A DNA stretch of 32,000 nt from Mycolicibacterium smegmatis (GCF_001457595.1 NZ_LN831039.1:3390001-3422000), one strand, 5' to 3'. Numbered from the stretch's first letter, positions 8,771 to 18,216 are shown. Notes: generated from the letters alone by a model not told the origin. Numbers and translations: made by a program.

Positions 8771-9039
8771 GCGGTATGGAGTTCCCCATCGATCGTGGGG
8801 CAAACCTGACATCCCGAAGGGCGCGTCAACCGGTCGTGGTCGAGACAGCAACGGACCCCTCCATCAGTGGCGATGCCGAGCCGGCCGCAGCCGTGCTGAT
8901 CACCTCGACCTTTCCGGCACCGGGCGAGAGCACCGCCCCGAACTCGGCGAACTCGTATGAGGCGTCGCATTCAGAATCCGCCACCAGCACGCGTTGCTGA
9001 GCACGCGCGGAAACGGTGCATTGGAGTAGCTTCGCAGGC

Positions 9040-10439
9040 GTGACTCTCGTGGCAGGCATCGACTCCTCTACCCAGTCCTGCAAGATCGTCGTCTGCGACG
9101 CGGACAGCGGTTCCGTGGTGCGCACGGCGTCCTCGCCGCATCCCGGTGGCACCGAGGTGGATCCGGGCCACTGGTGGGACGCGCTGCAACGCACCATCAC
9201 GGCCGTCGGCGGCCTCGACGATGTCGAGGCGGTCTCGGTCGGGGCGCAGCAGCACGGCATGGTCTGCCTGAACTCGTCCGGCCAGGTCGTGCGAGATGCC
9301 CTGTTGTGGAACGACACACGCTCGGCGTCGAGCGCAGACGACCTGGTGTCCGAGCTCGGCGGACCCGACGAATGGGCGAAGACCGTCGGGGTGGTGCCGG
9401 TTGCCGCCATCACCGCGACCAAGCTGCGGTGGCTGGCCGACAACGAACCCGAGAACGCCGACGCGACCGCCGCGGTGTGCCTTCCGCACGACTGGCTCGG
9501 TTGGCGGCTGACCGGTTCGAACGATCTGGCCGATCTGCGCACCGACCGCAGCGACGCCAGCGGCACCGGATACTTCTCGGCCGAGACCGACTCCTATCGC
9601 ACCGACCTGCTCGAACTCGCGATGCGCGGCAGGACCCCTGCGCTGCCGACCGTGCTCGGCCCGCGCGACGTCGCAGGCCGGCTGCCCTCGGGCGCGATCC
9701 TCGGTCCGGGCGCAGGCGACAACGCCGCCGCCGCGCTGGGGCTCGGCGCCGGTCCCGGCGACTGCATCGTGTCGCTGGGCACCTCGGGCGTGGTCAGCGC
9801 GGTCGGCGACGCGGCACCCCACGACCCGGAGGGCATCGTCGCGGGCTTTGCCGACGCGAGCGGCCGCCAGCTGCCGCTCGTGTGCACGCTCAACGGTGCA
9901 CCGGTGCTGGCCGCGACCGCCGCGATGCTGCAGGTGGACTTCGACGAGTTCGACCGGCTGGCGCTCTCGGCCCCGCGGGGTGCAGACGGGCTGACGCTCG
10001 TGCCGTATCTGGAGGGGGGGAACGGTCACCCAACCTGCCTCGCGCTCGCGGCGCGCTGCACGGCGTCACGACGCGAAACTTCAGCCCTGCCAACGTCGCC
10101 CGCGCCGGGGTCGAGGGCCTGCTGGCGTCGATGGCGTTCTGCATCGACAAGATCGTCAGCTACGGCGTCGACATCGAACGCATCATCCTGGTCGGCGGCG
10201 GCGCCCGTTCCGAGGCCGTGCGGCGCATCGCCCCCGCGATCTGGGGCAGGCCCGTCGACGTCCCCCCACCGGGCGAGTACGTCGCGCTGGGCGCGGCCCG
10301 GCAAGCGGCATGGGCTCTGGGGCAACAGGATTCGCCACCGGCCTGGCAGGTCGGATCGACCACCACCTACACCGCCGAGCACGCACCACAGGTCCTCGAA
10401 CAGTATCTCGCCGCGCAGCCGCTGACGCTGGGGCAGTGA
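9040..10439 (+). pseudogene. FGGY family carbohydrate kinase, xylulokinase-like, interrupted by a frameshift at a 7-G run (10014-10020)
   Basis: Frame 1 encodes [24 protein letters not shown]...[10 protein letters not shown]; after the G-run the homology continues in frame 3 as [46 protein letters not shown]...[28 protein letters not shown]. Confidence 0.85.
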
Positions 10440-10444
10440 GATAC

Positions 10445-10460
10445 GCCGGGCGAACCCGGC
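10445..10460 (+). terminator. Short hairpin just after the kinase stop codon
   Basis: GCCGGG-CGAA-CCCGGC, 6-bp perfect stem with 4-nt loop, 5 nt after stop at 10439; no U-tract. Confidence 0.45.
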
Positions 10461-10616
10461 CGCGAATCTCGTTCGACGGCAACAGCAGTGGCTGGTCGAC
10501 CACGTCGCCGATGACCAGGCATAAAATCGCGGCGGGCCTAACGGTTGGCGTTTGCGTCACCACGGCCTAGCGTGTGCCGCGACACCGAGACCGTCCCACC
10601 CGAGAGGAATGCGAGC

Positions 10617-11837
10617 ATGTCCCTGCACACCGCGGTGAGCCTGCCAGGCAGCGCACCGCACCCCGATGTGATCACGGACCTGCTCGGGCGGATCAGCGCC
10701 GATCACCGCCGCCGCCTCGACGACGGCGGGCACGAGCCCCCGTCGCTCGGCGTGGAGCTGGTCAAGGCACACCGCGTGGGCGCGGCGCCCCTGGACCGCG
10801 ACCTCGGCGGTTGGGGTTTGTCGACCGAGGAGTTCTTCGACCTGGTCATGGCGCTGGGCGAGGCCGACCCGGATCTTGCGCACATCCTGCGCGTGCATTT
10901 CTCGGTGGTCGAGGAACTGCAGCGGGCACCTCGCAGGCCCAACGCCGAGCGCTGGATCGCCGTGGTCGCCGACGGTGGGCTCATCGGTGGCGTCACCTCC
11001 GAGCAGAGCACCAACCAGGTGGGCGGCCAGACCTACGACACGCGCCTGATCCGCACCGACGACGGACGACTGATCCTGCGCGGGCGCAAGTACTACAGCA
11101 CGGGCGCACAGTATTCCGACCACCTGCGGGTCAGCGCCCAGGGTGACGACGGTGCGCCCGTCGGCGCGATCATCCCCGCCGACCGTGTGGGCGTGGTCCA
11201 CACCGACGACTGGGACGGTATCGGCCAGCGCCACACCGGCAGCGGAACCACTGTGCTCGACGACGTCGTCGTCCACGACGACGAACTGTTCCCGCTGGGC
11301 ACCAAGGTGGGTGTCGACCGACCCCGCGGCGCGCTCCTACAGCTGTATCTGCACGCGATCGCCGCGGGCATCCTGCGCAGCCTGCGCACGGACGCCGTCG
11401 CGCTGGTGCGCGGCAGGCAGCGCAGCTACACCTTCGCCACCGAGGCCTCGCCGACCGCCGATCCGCAGCTGCTGCAGGTGGTCGGCGAGATCGATGCGGT
11501 GGCGTACGCAGCGTCGGCCGTGGTGCGCAGCGCTGCACGCGAACTCGGGGTCGCGCTGCAGGCAGCGAGGGCCGGCGGTTTCGACCACGAGCTCGAACAT
11601 CGGGCCTCGGTCGCGGCCGCGCGGGTCAAGGTCGCGATCGAGGAACCCGCGCTGCGTGCCGCGGGCCGCATCTTCGACGTGGGCGGGGCGTCGGCCATCC
11701 GGGCGTCGGCGAACCTGGACCGGCACTGGCGCAACCTGCGCACACTGTTCTCGCACAACCCGACCGTCTACAAGGCACGCGTCCTCGGGGACGTCGCCGT
11801 CAACCACGCACCCCTCCCGGACAGCAGCTTCTTCTGA
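10617..11837 (+). CDS. Acyl-CoA dehydrogenase family protein (DszC/SfnB-like flavoprotein oxidoreductase)
   Basis: GGWGLSTEEFFDLVMALGEADPDLAHILRVHF, GGVTSEQSTN, LRGRKYYSTGAQYSDHLRV, LFSHNPTVYKARVLGDVAVN; followed by a LysR gene. Confidence 0.82.
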   Translation: MSLHTAVSLPGSAPHPDVITDLLGRISADHRRRLDDGGHEPPSLGVELVKAHRVGAAPLDRDLGGWGLSTEEFFDLVMALGEADPDLAHILRVHFSVVEELQRAPRRPNAERWIAVVADGGLIGGVTSEQSTNQVGGQTYDTRLIRTDDGRLILRGRKYYSTGAQYSDHLRVSAQGDDGAPVGAIIPADRVGVVHTDDWDGIGQRHTGSGTTVLDDVVVHDDELFPLGTKVGVDRPRGALLQLYLHAIAAGILRSLRTDAVALVRGRQRSYTFATEASPTADPQLLQVVGEIDAVAYAASAVVRSAARELGVALQAARAGGFDHELEHRASVAAARVKVAIEEPALRAAGRIFDVGGASAIRASANLDRHWRNLRTLFSHNPTVYKARVLGDVAVNHAPLPDSSFF

Positions 11838-11870
11838 TCCACGCGTGACGGCCCACGCCGACCGTGAACA

Positions 11871-12815
11871 ATGGTCGGCGTGGACACCCGCCGCCTGCGC
11901 CTGTTGCTGGCCCTGTCGCGGCTGGGTTCGATGCGTGCGGTCGCCGATGCGTTCTCGTTGACCACCTCGACGGTGTCGCAGCAGCTCGCGGCGCTCGCCA
12001 AGGAGACCGACACACAGCTCATCGAGCCCGACGGACGCCGCGTCCGTCTCACGCCCGCAGGCCGGCGGCTCGCCGACCACGCGGTGACCATCCTGGCCGC
12101 GGTCGACGCGGCGAGGCTCGACCTGGATCCCGACGCCGAACCCGCGGGGACGCTGCGCGTGGGCGGTTTCGCGACGGGTCTGCGGGTGTCGCTGCTGCCG
12201 ATCCTGCGCGAGCTCGGCCGGACGCATCCCAGCGTCGAGGTCGAGATCAGTGAGTACGAGCCCTTGGAGGCGTTCGAACTGCTGGTCGACGACGACCTCG
12301 ACCTCGCGCTCACCTATGAGTACGACCTCGCGCCCGCGTCACCGGACCCGGTGCTCGAGGCGTTCCCGCTGTGGTCGACGCCGTGGGGGCTGGGCGTCCC
12401 GAGCAGCGAGGTCACCGCCGGCACCGCGACGGCCGACATCAGGAACTACGCCGACCGGTGGTGGATCGTCAACTCCCGCAACACGGCCGACGAGGACGCG
12501 GTGCGCACGCTGGCCTCGCTCGCGGGCTTCCGCCCGCGCATCGCGCATCAGATCGACAGCCTCGACCTGCTGGAGGACCTGATCCTCGAGGGCTTCGGGG
12601 TGGGTCTGTTGCCCATCACGCGGGCGGTCCGCGACGGTGTCACGGTCATGCCGATGTCGGATCCGAAGGTGGTTCTGACGGCGTTCGCCGTCGTCCGCCG
12701 CGGGCGGTCCACGTGGCCACCGCTGCGGCTGGTTCTGGACCGTCTGCGCCCGCCCGACGGGCGCCCGGTGCCGTTGATGTCGTGGCCGCGGCCCACGGTG
12801 CACGGGTCCGGGTGA
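11871..12815 (+). CDS. LysR family transcriptional regulator
   Basis: N-terminal HTH LRLLLALSRLGSMRAVADAFSLTTSTVSQQLAALAKETDTQLIEPDGRRVRLTPAGRRLADH. Confidence 0.9.
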   Translation: MVGVDTRRLRLLLALSRLGSMRAVADAFSLTTSTVSQQLAALAKETDTQLIEPDGRRVRLTPAGRRLADHAVTILAAVDAARLDLDPDAEPAGTLRVGGFATGLRVSLLPILRELGRTHPSVEVEISEYEPLEAFELLVDDDLDLALTYEYDLAPASPDPVLEAFPLWSTPWGLGVPSSEVTAGTATADIRNYADRWWIVNSRNTADEDAVRTLASLAGFRPRIAHQIDSLDLLEDLILEGFGVGLLPITRAVRDGVTVMPMSDPKVVLTAFAVVRRGRSTWPPLRLVLDRLRPPDGRPVPLMSWPRPTVHGSG

Positions 12816-12873
12816 GGTGATCTTGACCGGTCCCCGCTGCGGCGGGACGGTGCACGTGTGCGACGATGCGCCG

Positions 12874-13698
12874 ATGACCGAGGTTGTCGCCCATTTCACG
12901 CAGTCCGACGCCGACAGATTCCAACCGACGCGGTTTGCGCAGAGCCATTGGGGCGAAGACCACCTCAACGGTCCGGCACTGGTCGGCCTTGCCGCGCACG
13001 CCCTGGAGAACGCCTTCGGCCTGCCCGAGTTCCTGCCCTCCCGGTTGACCGTTGACCTGTTCCGGGCGGCGCGCGGTGTCGAGACCACGACCAAGGTCGC
13101 GCTGGTGCGCGACGGCCGCCGGGTGCGCAACTCCGAGTGCGAACTGATCCAGAACGGCGTGACCGTTGCCAGGGCCACGCTGGTGCAGTACCGCCGCTCT
13201 GAGGCGCCGCGCGGTGACGAATGGCGGCCGGCGCCGGAGTTCGAACCCCCTGCCGATGTCGACACCCCGGCCGACCGCACGACGTACATGGGCAGTGACG
13301 AGGGTGGCTGGAGCCGGGCGATCGCCGATCACCAGAACGCGTCGCGCAAGCGTTTCATCAACCGCACCATCACGGTCGTGGAGGGACAGGTGAACTCGCC
13401 GTTCGTCCGCACCGCGATGGCGGCCGAGGGCACGAGCCTGGTGACCAATCTCGGTACCCACGGCGTGGGGTACATCAACGGTGATCTGACCGTGGCCCTG
13501 TCTCGGCTGCCGCGCGACGAATGGATCGGCGTGCAGGCCGATTCCCACTGGACCTCCGACGGGATCGCGGTGGGCTCGGCGACGCTGTTCGACAGGGTGG
13601 GTGCGTTCGGCACGGGTCTGGTCACCGCGGTCAGCAATCCGGCCGCCCAGATCGACTTCGCCAACGATCCCTTTCCCGACCGCACCGCACCACGCTGA
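12874..13698 (+). CDS. Acyl-CoA thioesterase/hotdog-domain-like protein
   Basis: LPEFLPSRLTVDLFRAARGVETTTKVALVRDGRRVRNSECELIQNGVTVARATLVQYRR and GYINGDLTVALSRLPRDEWIGVQADSHWTSDGIAVGSATLFDRVG resemble a double hotdog thioesterase. Confidence 0.75.
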   Translation: MTEVVAHFTQSDADRFQPTRFAQSHWGEDHLNGPALVGLAAHALENAFGLPEFLPSRLTVDLFRAARGVETTTKVALVRDGRRVRNSECELIQNGVTVARATLVQYRRSEAPRGDEWRPAPEFEPPADVDTPADRTTYMGSDEGGWSRAIADHQNASRKRFINRTITVVEGQVNSPFVRTAMAAEGTSLVTNLGTHGVGYINGDLTVALSRLPRDEWIGVQADSHWTSDGIAVGSATLFDRVGAFGTGLVTAVSNPAAQIDFANDPFPDRTAPR

Positions 13699-13724
13699 GC
13701 ACCCCGCGTCGTAGGGTTGTCGGC

Positions 13725-15206
13725 GTGGACTTGCTGCTCGGAATCGACATGGGCACCGGTAGCACCAAGGGCGTACTCGTCGACGCGTCGGGGTCGGTGA
13801 TCGCCACCGAGACCGTTTCGCACTCCATGGACCTCCCGCGCCCCGGCTGGGCCGAGGTCGACGCCGAGAAGCTGTGGTGGGCCGAGGTGTGCCAGATCGC
13901 CTCGAAGTTGATGGCGCAGATGCCCAGCGGCGGCGTGCTCGCCGGGATGTGCGTCAGCGGGGTCGGCCCGTGCCTCGTGCTGTGCGACGACGACCTGCGC
14001 CCGCTGCGGCCCGCCATCCTGTACGGCATCGACACGCGCGCGTCCGAGGAGATCGAGGCCCTCACCGCCGAGTTCGGCGCCGAGGCGATCCTGGACCGCG
14101 CAGGCACGGTGCTGTCCAGCCAGGCCGTGGGCCCGAAACTGGAGTGGGTGCGCCGTCACGAGCCCGAGGTGTTCGAACGCGCCACCGGGTGGTACGGCTC
14201 CAATTCCTATATCGCCGCCAAGCTCACCGGCGAGTACGTGATGGACCACCACACCGCCAGCCAGTGCGATCCGCTGTACGCGACCCGCCGGTTCGAGTGG
14301 AACAAGCCTTGGGCACAACGGATTTGCGGGCACCTGCCACTGCCCAGGCTGGTCTGGCCCGCCGATGTGGTGGGCACCGTGACACCGGAGGCCGCCGCAG
14401 CCACAGGTGTCCCCGCGGGCACCCCGGTGTCGGCGGGCACCGTCGACGCGTACTCCGAGGCGTTCTCGGTCGGTGTGCGACGGCCGGGCGATCAGATGCT
14501 CATGTACGGCTCGACCATGTTCCTCGTGCAGGTCATCGACGCCTACCACAGCGATCCGGTGCTGTGGACCACCGCGGGCATCGAGCACGACACGCTGGCG
14601 CTCGCGGCGGGCACCTCGACGGCGGGCAGCCTGATCAACTGGCTGCAGTCGGTGACCGGCGGCGCCTCGTTCGACGAACTCATGGCCGAGGCCGCCGATG
14701 TGCCGCCGGGCAGCGAAGGGCTGCTGGTGCTGCCGTACCTGGCGGGGGAGCGCACCCCGGTGTTCGACCCGCAGGCCCGGGGCGTGGTGGCCGGGCTGAC
14801 GCTGCGACACGGCCGCGGTCATCTGTTCCGCGCTGCGTACGAAGGGATCTCGTTCGGCATCCGCCAGATCCTGGAACGGTTCGACGACGCGCACACCGCG
14901 AGCCGGACGGTCGCCGTCGGCGGCGGGTTGCGCAGCCCGATCTGGGCGCAGACCGTCAGCGACGTGACCGGACGCCCCCAGCTGGTGCCGGAACAGGCGA
15001 TCGGTGCGAGTTACGGTGACGCGCTGCTCGCGGCGATCGGGGTCGGGCTGGTGCCTGCCGACACGGACTGGGCGAAGATCGCCGCCGAGATCAAGCCGGA
15101 TCCGCGCAACCACGCCCTCTACGAGGATCTGTACGCGACGTGGCAGGAGCTCTACCCGGCCACCCGCGATCAGGTGCACCGGCTGGCCGGTCAGCCCATC
15201 GTGTAG
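13725..15206 (+). CDS. FGGY family carbohydrate kinase; candidate L-erythrulose kinase of the tetritol pathway
   Basis: GTG start; VDLLLGIDMGTGSTKGVLVDASG, VLPYLAGERTPVFDPQARG, AVGGGLRSPIWAQTVSDVTGRP; adjacent to polyol gene cluster. Substrate is inference. Confidence 0.88.
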   Translation: MDLLLGIDMGTGSTKGVLVDASGSVIATETVSHSMDLPRPGWAEVDAEKLWWAEVCQIASKLMAQMPSGGVLAGMCVSGVGPCLVLCDDDLRPLRPAILYGIDTRASEEIEALTAEFGAEAILDRAGTVLSSQAVGPKLEWVRRHEPEVFERATGWYGSNSYIAAKLTGEYVMDHHTASQCDPLYATRRFEWNKPWAQRICGHLPLPRLVWPADVVGTVTPEAAAATGVPAGTPVSAGTVDAYSEAFSVGVRRPGDQMLMYGSTMFLVQVIDAYHSDPVLWTTAGIEHDTLALAAGTSTAGSLINWLQSVTGGASFDELMAEAADVPPGSEGLLVLPYLAGERTPVFDPQARGVVAGLTLRHGRGHLFRAAYEGISFGIRQILERFDDAHTASRTVAVGGGLRSPIWAQTVSDVTGRPQLVPEQAIGASYGDALLAAIGVGLVPADTDWAKIAAEIKPDPRNHALYEDLYATWQELYPATRDQVHRLAGQPIV

Positions 15207-15979
15207 CCGCCGTCGACGGGGATGTCGACGCCGTTGATCATGCTGGCCGCGTCGGAGGCGAGCCACACCACCGCGTCGGAAACCTCATGAGGAACCGCGA
15301 AGCGGCCCAACGGGATCCGTGCGATCATCGGCGCCGACTTGGCCTCGTCGCCCCACACCCGCTGACCCATCTCGGTCAGCACCACCGTCGGGCACACCGA
15401 GTTGGCGCGGATGCCGTGGGGACCGAGCTCGCGGGCAAGCACCTTGGTCGCCATCACCAGGCCGGCCTTGGACGTGCAGTACGCGTAGTGGTCGGGCAGA
15501 GGTGCCAGCGCGGCGGCCGAGGCCACCGTGATGATCGCCCCGCCCTCGCCTGCCGCCACCATGGCTTTGCCCACCGCCGAGGCCAGCAGTGCCGGGGCGC
15601 GCAGGTTGACCGCGATGGTGGCGTCGAACAGCTGGGGATCGGTGTCGACGACGGGCTGTGGATGCGAGATCCCGGCGTTGTTCACCAGCACGTCCAGACC
15701 ACCGAACGCCTCGGCGGCGCGCCGGGCCAACTCGGCGGGTGCGTCGGGTTCGGCGAGATCGATCGCGACGGTGTGCACGTCGGTGCCGAACTGTTCGCCG
15801 AGAGCCCTTCGGGCGGCGTCGAGTTCGCTCACGTCGCGGCCGCTGAGCACAAGCCGTGCGCCCGCAGCGGCGAACGCGCGGGCGATGTCGGCGCCGATGC
15901 CCTTGGTGGCACCGGTGATCAGGGCGCGTTTGCCGTCGAGGCGCAGAACGCCGGCGTAGCGGTCGTCGGTGGTGGTCAC
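15191..15979 (-). CDS. Short-chain dehydrogenase/reductase; candidate polyol (threitol) dehydrogenase
   Basis: TGxxxGIG (TGATKGIG), NNAG, YCTSK catalytic motif; GTG start at 15979 overlaps stop of the SorC-like regulator; substrate is inference. Confidence 0.88.
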   Translation of the reverse strand: MTTTDDRYAGVLRLDGKRALITGATKGIGADIARAFAAAGARLVLSGRDVSELDAARRALGEQFGTDVHTVAIDLAEPDAPAELARRAAEAFGGLDVLVNNAGISHPQPVVDTDPQLFDATIAVNLRAPALLASAVGKAMVAAGEGGAIITVASAAALAPLPDHYAYCTSKAGLVMATKVLARELGPHGIRANSVCPTVVLTEMGQRVWGDEAKSAPMIARIPLGRFAVPHEVSDAVVWLASDAASMINGVDIPVDGGYTMG

Positions 15980-16998
15980 TGAGACTCCGTGTGTTCGAGG
16001 ATGGCGGCCGCGGTGGCCGGGTCGGTCACGAGCTGGTTGAAATATCCGCCGCGCGCACCCGCCACGATCGACTCGACCTTGTCCTTGCCGATCGCGACCG
16101 CGATGGTCACCGGGATATGGCGCAGCGCTTCGAGTTCCACCGCGATCAGGCGGTCGCTGCCGTCGAACCCGACGGGGTCGCCGTCGCGGTCGAAGAAGCG
16201 GGAGCACACGTCGCCCACCGCCGACCGCAGCGAACTCGACCCGGTCGGGACGAACCTGGGGATGTCGGAGCGCAGCAGCGGCGGTGCGCCGACGCCCATC
16301 AGGGCGCAGCGGGCCTTGGGCCACAGATGCAGCACGCGCTGGATGCTCGGGTCGTTGATCAGCGACGGGTACAGGTCCGGGCCCGGAAGTGCCGGTGCGA
16401 ACAGGTAATTGGGCCTGCCGTTGATCCGGTTGGAGACCAGGCGCGTGATCTCGTTGGTCTGGTACCACTCCTCGGGTTGGTCGTTGCCGCCGACCGTGGG
16501 CGCGACCTGTACACCGGGCAGGTCGACGAGTTCGTATTGCGCGACCTCGTAGACGGTGCGGCCCGAGGACACCAGCAGGACGTCGCCGGGCAGCAGACCC
16601 GCGGCGGCCAGTGCCCGCGCGACGGCGGGCGCGAGGGCGGCGCCCATGACGTCGACGGCGGTACGGCCCGGACCCGGATTCGGCAGCGGGTGGCTGAGGA
16701 ACACCGTGTTGAGTGACAGGGCGCGGGTTAGCTGGTCGGCGATGTCACCGGAGCCCAGCTGATCGGGCGGGACCACCTCGATGCGCACGATGCCGCGCCG
16801 CTTCGCTTCCGCCAGAATCCGGCTCACGGTCGCGCGGCTGGTGCCGAGCTGCGCGGCGACCTCGGCCTGGGTCGCGTCCTCGGTGTAGTAGAGCTTTGCG
16901 GCGGTGTACAGCAGCGAGGCGGGGAAATGGCCGGATTCGGCGTCGGAGGTCGGGCCGTCGGCGTTTGTCGGTGGCGATGGCTGGGCGGACCGGGGCAC
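15976..16998 (-). CDS. SorC/DeoR-type sugar-binding transcriptional regulator
   Basis: AAKLYYTEDATQAEVAAQLGTSRATVSRILAEAKRRGIVRIEV HTH followed by SorC sugar-binding domain (GVGAPPLL, AVGDVCSRFFDRDG). Confidence 0.92.
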   Translation of the reverse strand: MPRSAQPSPPTNADGPTSDAESGHFPASLLYTAAKLYYTEDATQAEVAAQLGTSRATVSRILAEAKRRGIVRIEVVPPDQLGSGDIADQLTRALSLNTVFLSHPLPNPGPGRTAVDVMGAALAPAVARALAAAGLLPGDVLLVSSGRTVYEVAQYELVDLPGVQVAPTVGGNDQPEEWYQTNEITRLVSNRINGRPNYLFAPALPGPDLYPSLINDPSIQRVLHLWPKARCALMGVGAPPLLRSDIPRFVPTGSSSLRSAVGDVCSRFFDRDGDPVGFDGSDRLIAVELEALRHIPVTIAVAIGKDKVESIVAGARGGYFNQLVTDPATAAAILEHTESQ

Positions 16999-17014
16999 GA
17001 GTGAAGTATGACAC

Positions 17015-17055
17015 TGAACATCCGTTCGTCGTCAAGGTTCAATGAACAGATGTTC
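17015..17055. promoter_or_regulatory. Candidate operator: two copies of TGAACANNNGTTC, 28 nt apart
   Basis: TGAACATCCGTTC at 17015-17027 and TGAACAGATGTTC at 17043-17055, in the intergenic region between divergent SorC-like regulator and Zn-ADH. Confidence 0.55.
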
Positions 17056-17116
17056 TGGACAATTGTGCATACGTGTGGTTAATGTGACTGCAACCACAGG
17101 TCGAAAGGTATTTGGC

Positions 17117-18205
17117 ATGTCCAATCAAGTCCCCGAAAAGATGCAGGCAGTGGTGTGTCACGGCCCCCACGACTACCGGCTCGAAGAGGTCGCGGTACCG
17201 CAGCGTAAACCCGGCGAGGCGCTGATCCGGGTCGAGGCCGTGGGCATCTGTGCAAGCGATCTCAAGTGCTACCACGGGGCCGCCAAGTTCTGGGGTGACG
17301 AGAACCGGCCCGCGTGGGCCGAGACCATGGTGATCCCCGGCCACGAGTTCGTCGGACGGGTCGTCGAACTCGACGACGAGGCCGCGCAGCGGTGGGGTAT
17401 CGCGGTCGGTGACCGCGTGGTGTCCGAGCAGATCGTGCCCTGCTGGGAGTGCCTGTTCTGCAAGCGCGGCCAGTACCACATGTGCCAGCCGCACGATCTC
17501 TACGGCTTCAAGCGGCGCACGCCCGGCGCGATGGCCAGCTACATGGTCTATCCGGCAGAGGCCTTGGTGCACAAGGTTTCCCCGGACATCCCGGCCCAGC
17601 ACGCCGCCTTCGCCGAGCCGCTGTCGTGCTCGCTGCACGCCGTGGAACGCGCCCAGATCACCTTCGAGGACACCGTCGTGGTGGCCGGCTGCGGGCCGAT
17701 CGGCCTCGGCATGATCGCGGGCGCCAAGGCCAAGAGCCCTATGCGCGTCATCGCCCTCGACATGGCACCCGACAAGCTCAAGCTCGCCGAGAAGTGCGGG
17801 GCCGACCTCACGATCAACATCGCCGAGCAGGACGCCGAGAAGATCATCAAGGACCTCACCGGCGGCTACGGCGCCGACGTGTACATCGAGGGCACGGGCC
17901 ACACCTCGGCCGTGCCGCAGGGTCTCAACCTGCTGCGCAAGCTCGGCCGCTACGTCGAGTACGGCGTCTTCGGCAGTGACGTCACGGTCGACTGGAGCAT
18001 CATCAGCGACGACAAGGAGCTCGACGTCCTCGGTGCCCACCTCGGCCCGTACTGCTGGCCCGCGGCCATCAAGATGATCGAGTCCGGTGCGCTGCCGATG
18101 GACGAGATCTGCACACATCAGTTCCCGCTCACCGAATTCCAGAAGGGCCTCGACCTCGTGGCCAGCGGAAAGGAATCGGTCAAGGTCTCCCTGATCCCGG
18201 CATAG
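17117..18205 (+). CDS. eltD: Zinc-dependent medium-chain alcohol dehydrogenase; candidate erythritol/L-threitol dehydrogenase
   Basis: ICASDLKCYHG, GHEFVGRVVELD, four structural Cys (CWECLFCKRGQYHMC), NAD site VVAGCGPIGLGM; ATG at 17117 with upstream GAAAGG; first gene of the tetritol-like operon. Symbol rests on recalled literature for M. smegmatis. Confidence 0.8.
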   Translation: MSNQVPEKMQAVVCHGPHDYRLEEVAVPQRKPGEALIRVEAVGICASDLKCYHGAAKFWGDENRPAWAETMVIPGHEFVGRVVELDDEAAQRWGIAVGDRVVSEQIVPCWECLFCKRGQYHMCQPHDLYGFKRRTPGAMASYMVYPAEALVHKVSPDIPAQHAAFAEPLSCSLHAVERAQITFEDTVVVAGCGPIGLGMIAGAKAKSPMRVIALDMAPDKLKLAEKCGADLTINIAEQDAEKIIKDLTGGYGADVYIEGTGHTSAVPQGLNLLRKLGRYVEYGVFGSDVTVDWSIISDDKELDVLGAHLGPYCWPAAIKMIESGALPMDEICTHQFPLTEFQKGLDLVASGKESVKVSLIPA

Positions 18206-18216
18206 CGAAAGCGACT

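Noticed and set aside
10183-10563. Minus-strand 126-aa ORF covering the 3' end of the kinase and intergenic region
   Set aside because: Mostly antisense to the kinase C-terminus, Pro/Arg-rich translation, no recognisable family.
13329-15266. 645-aa minus-strand ORF opposite the FGGY kinase
   Set aside because: Antisense of a clearly recognisable kinase; His/Arg/Gly-rich shadow translation.
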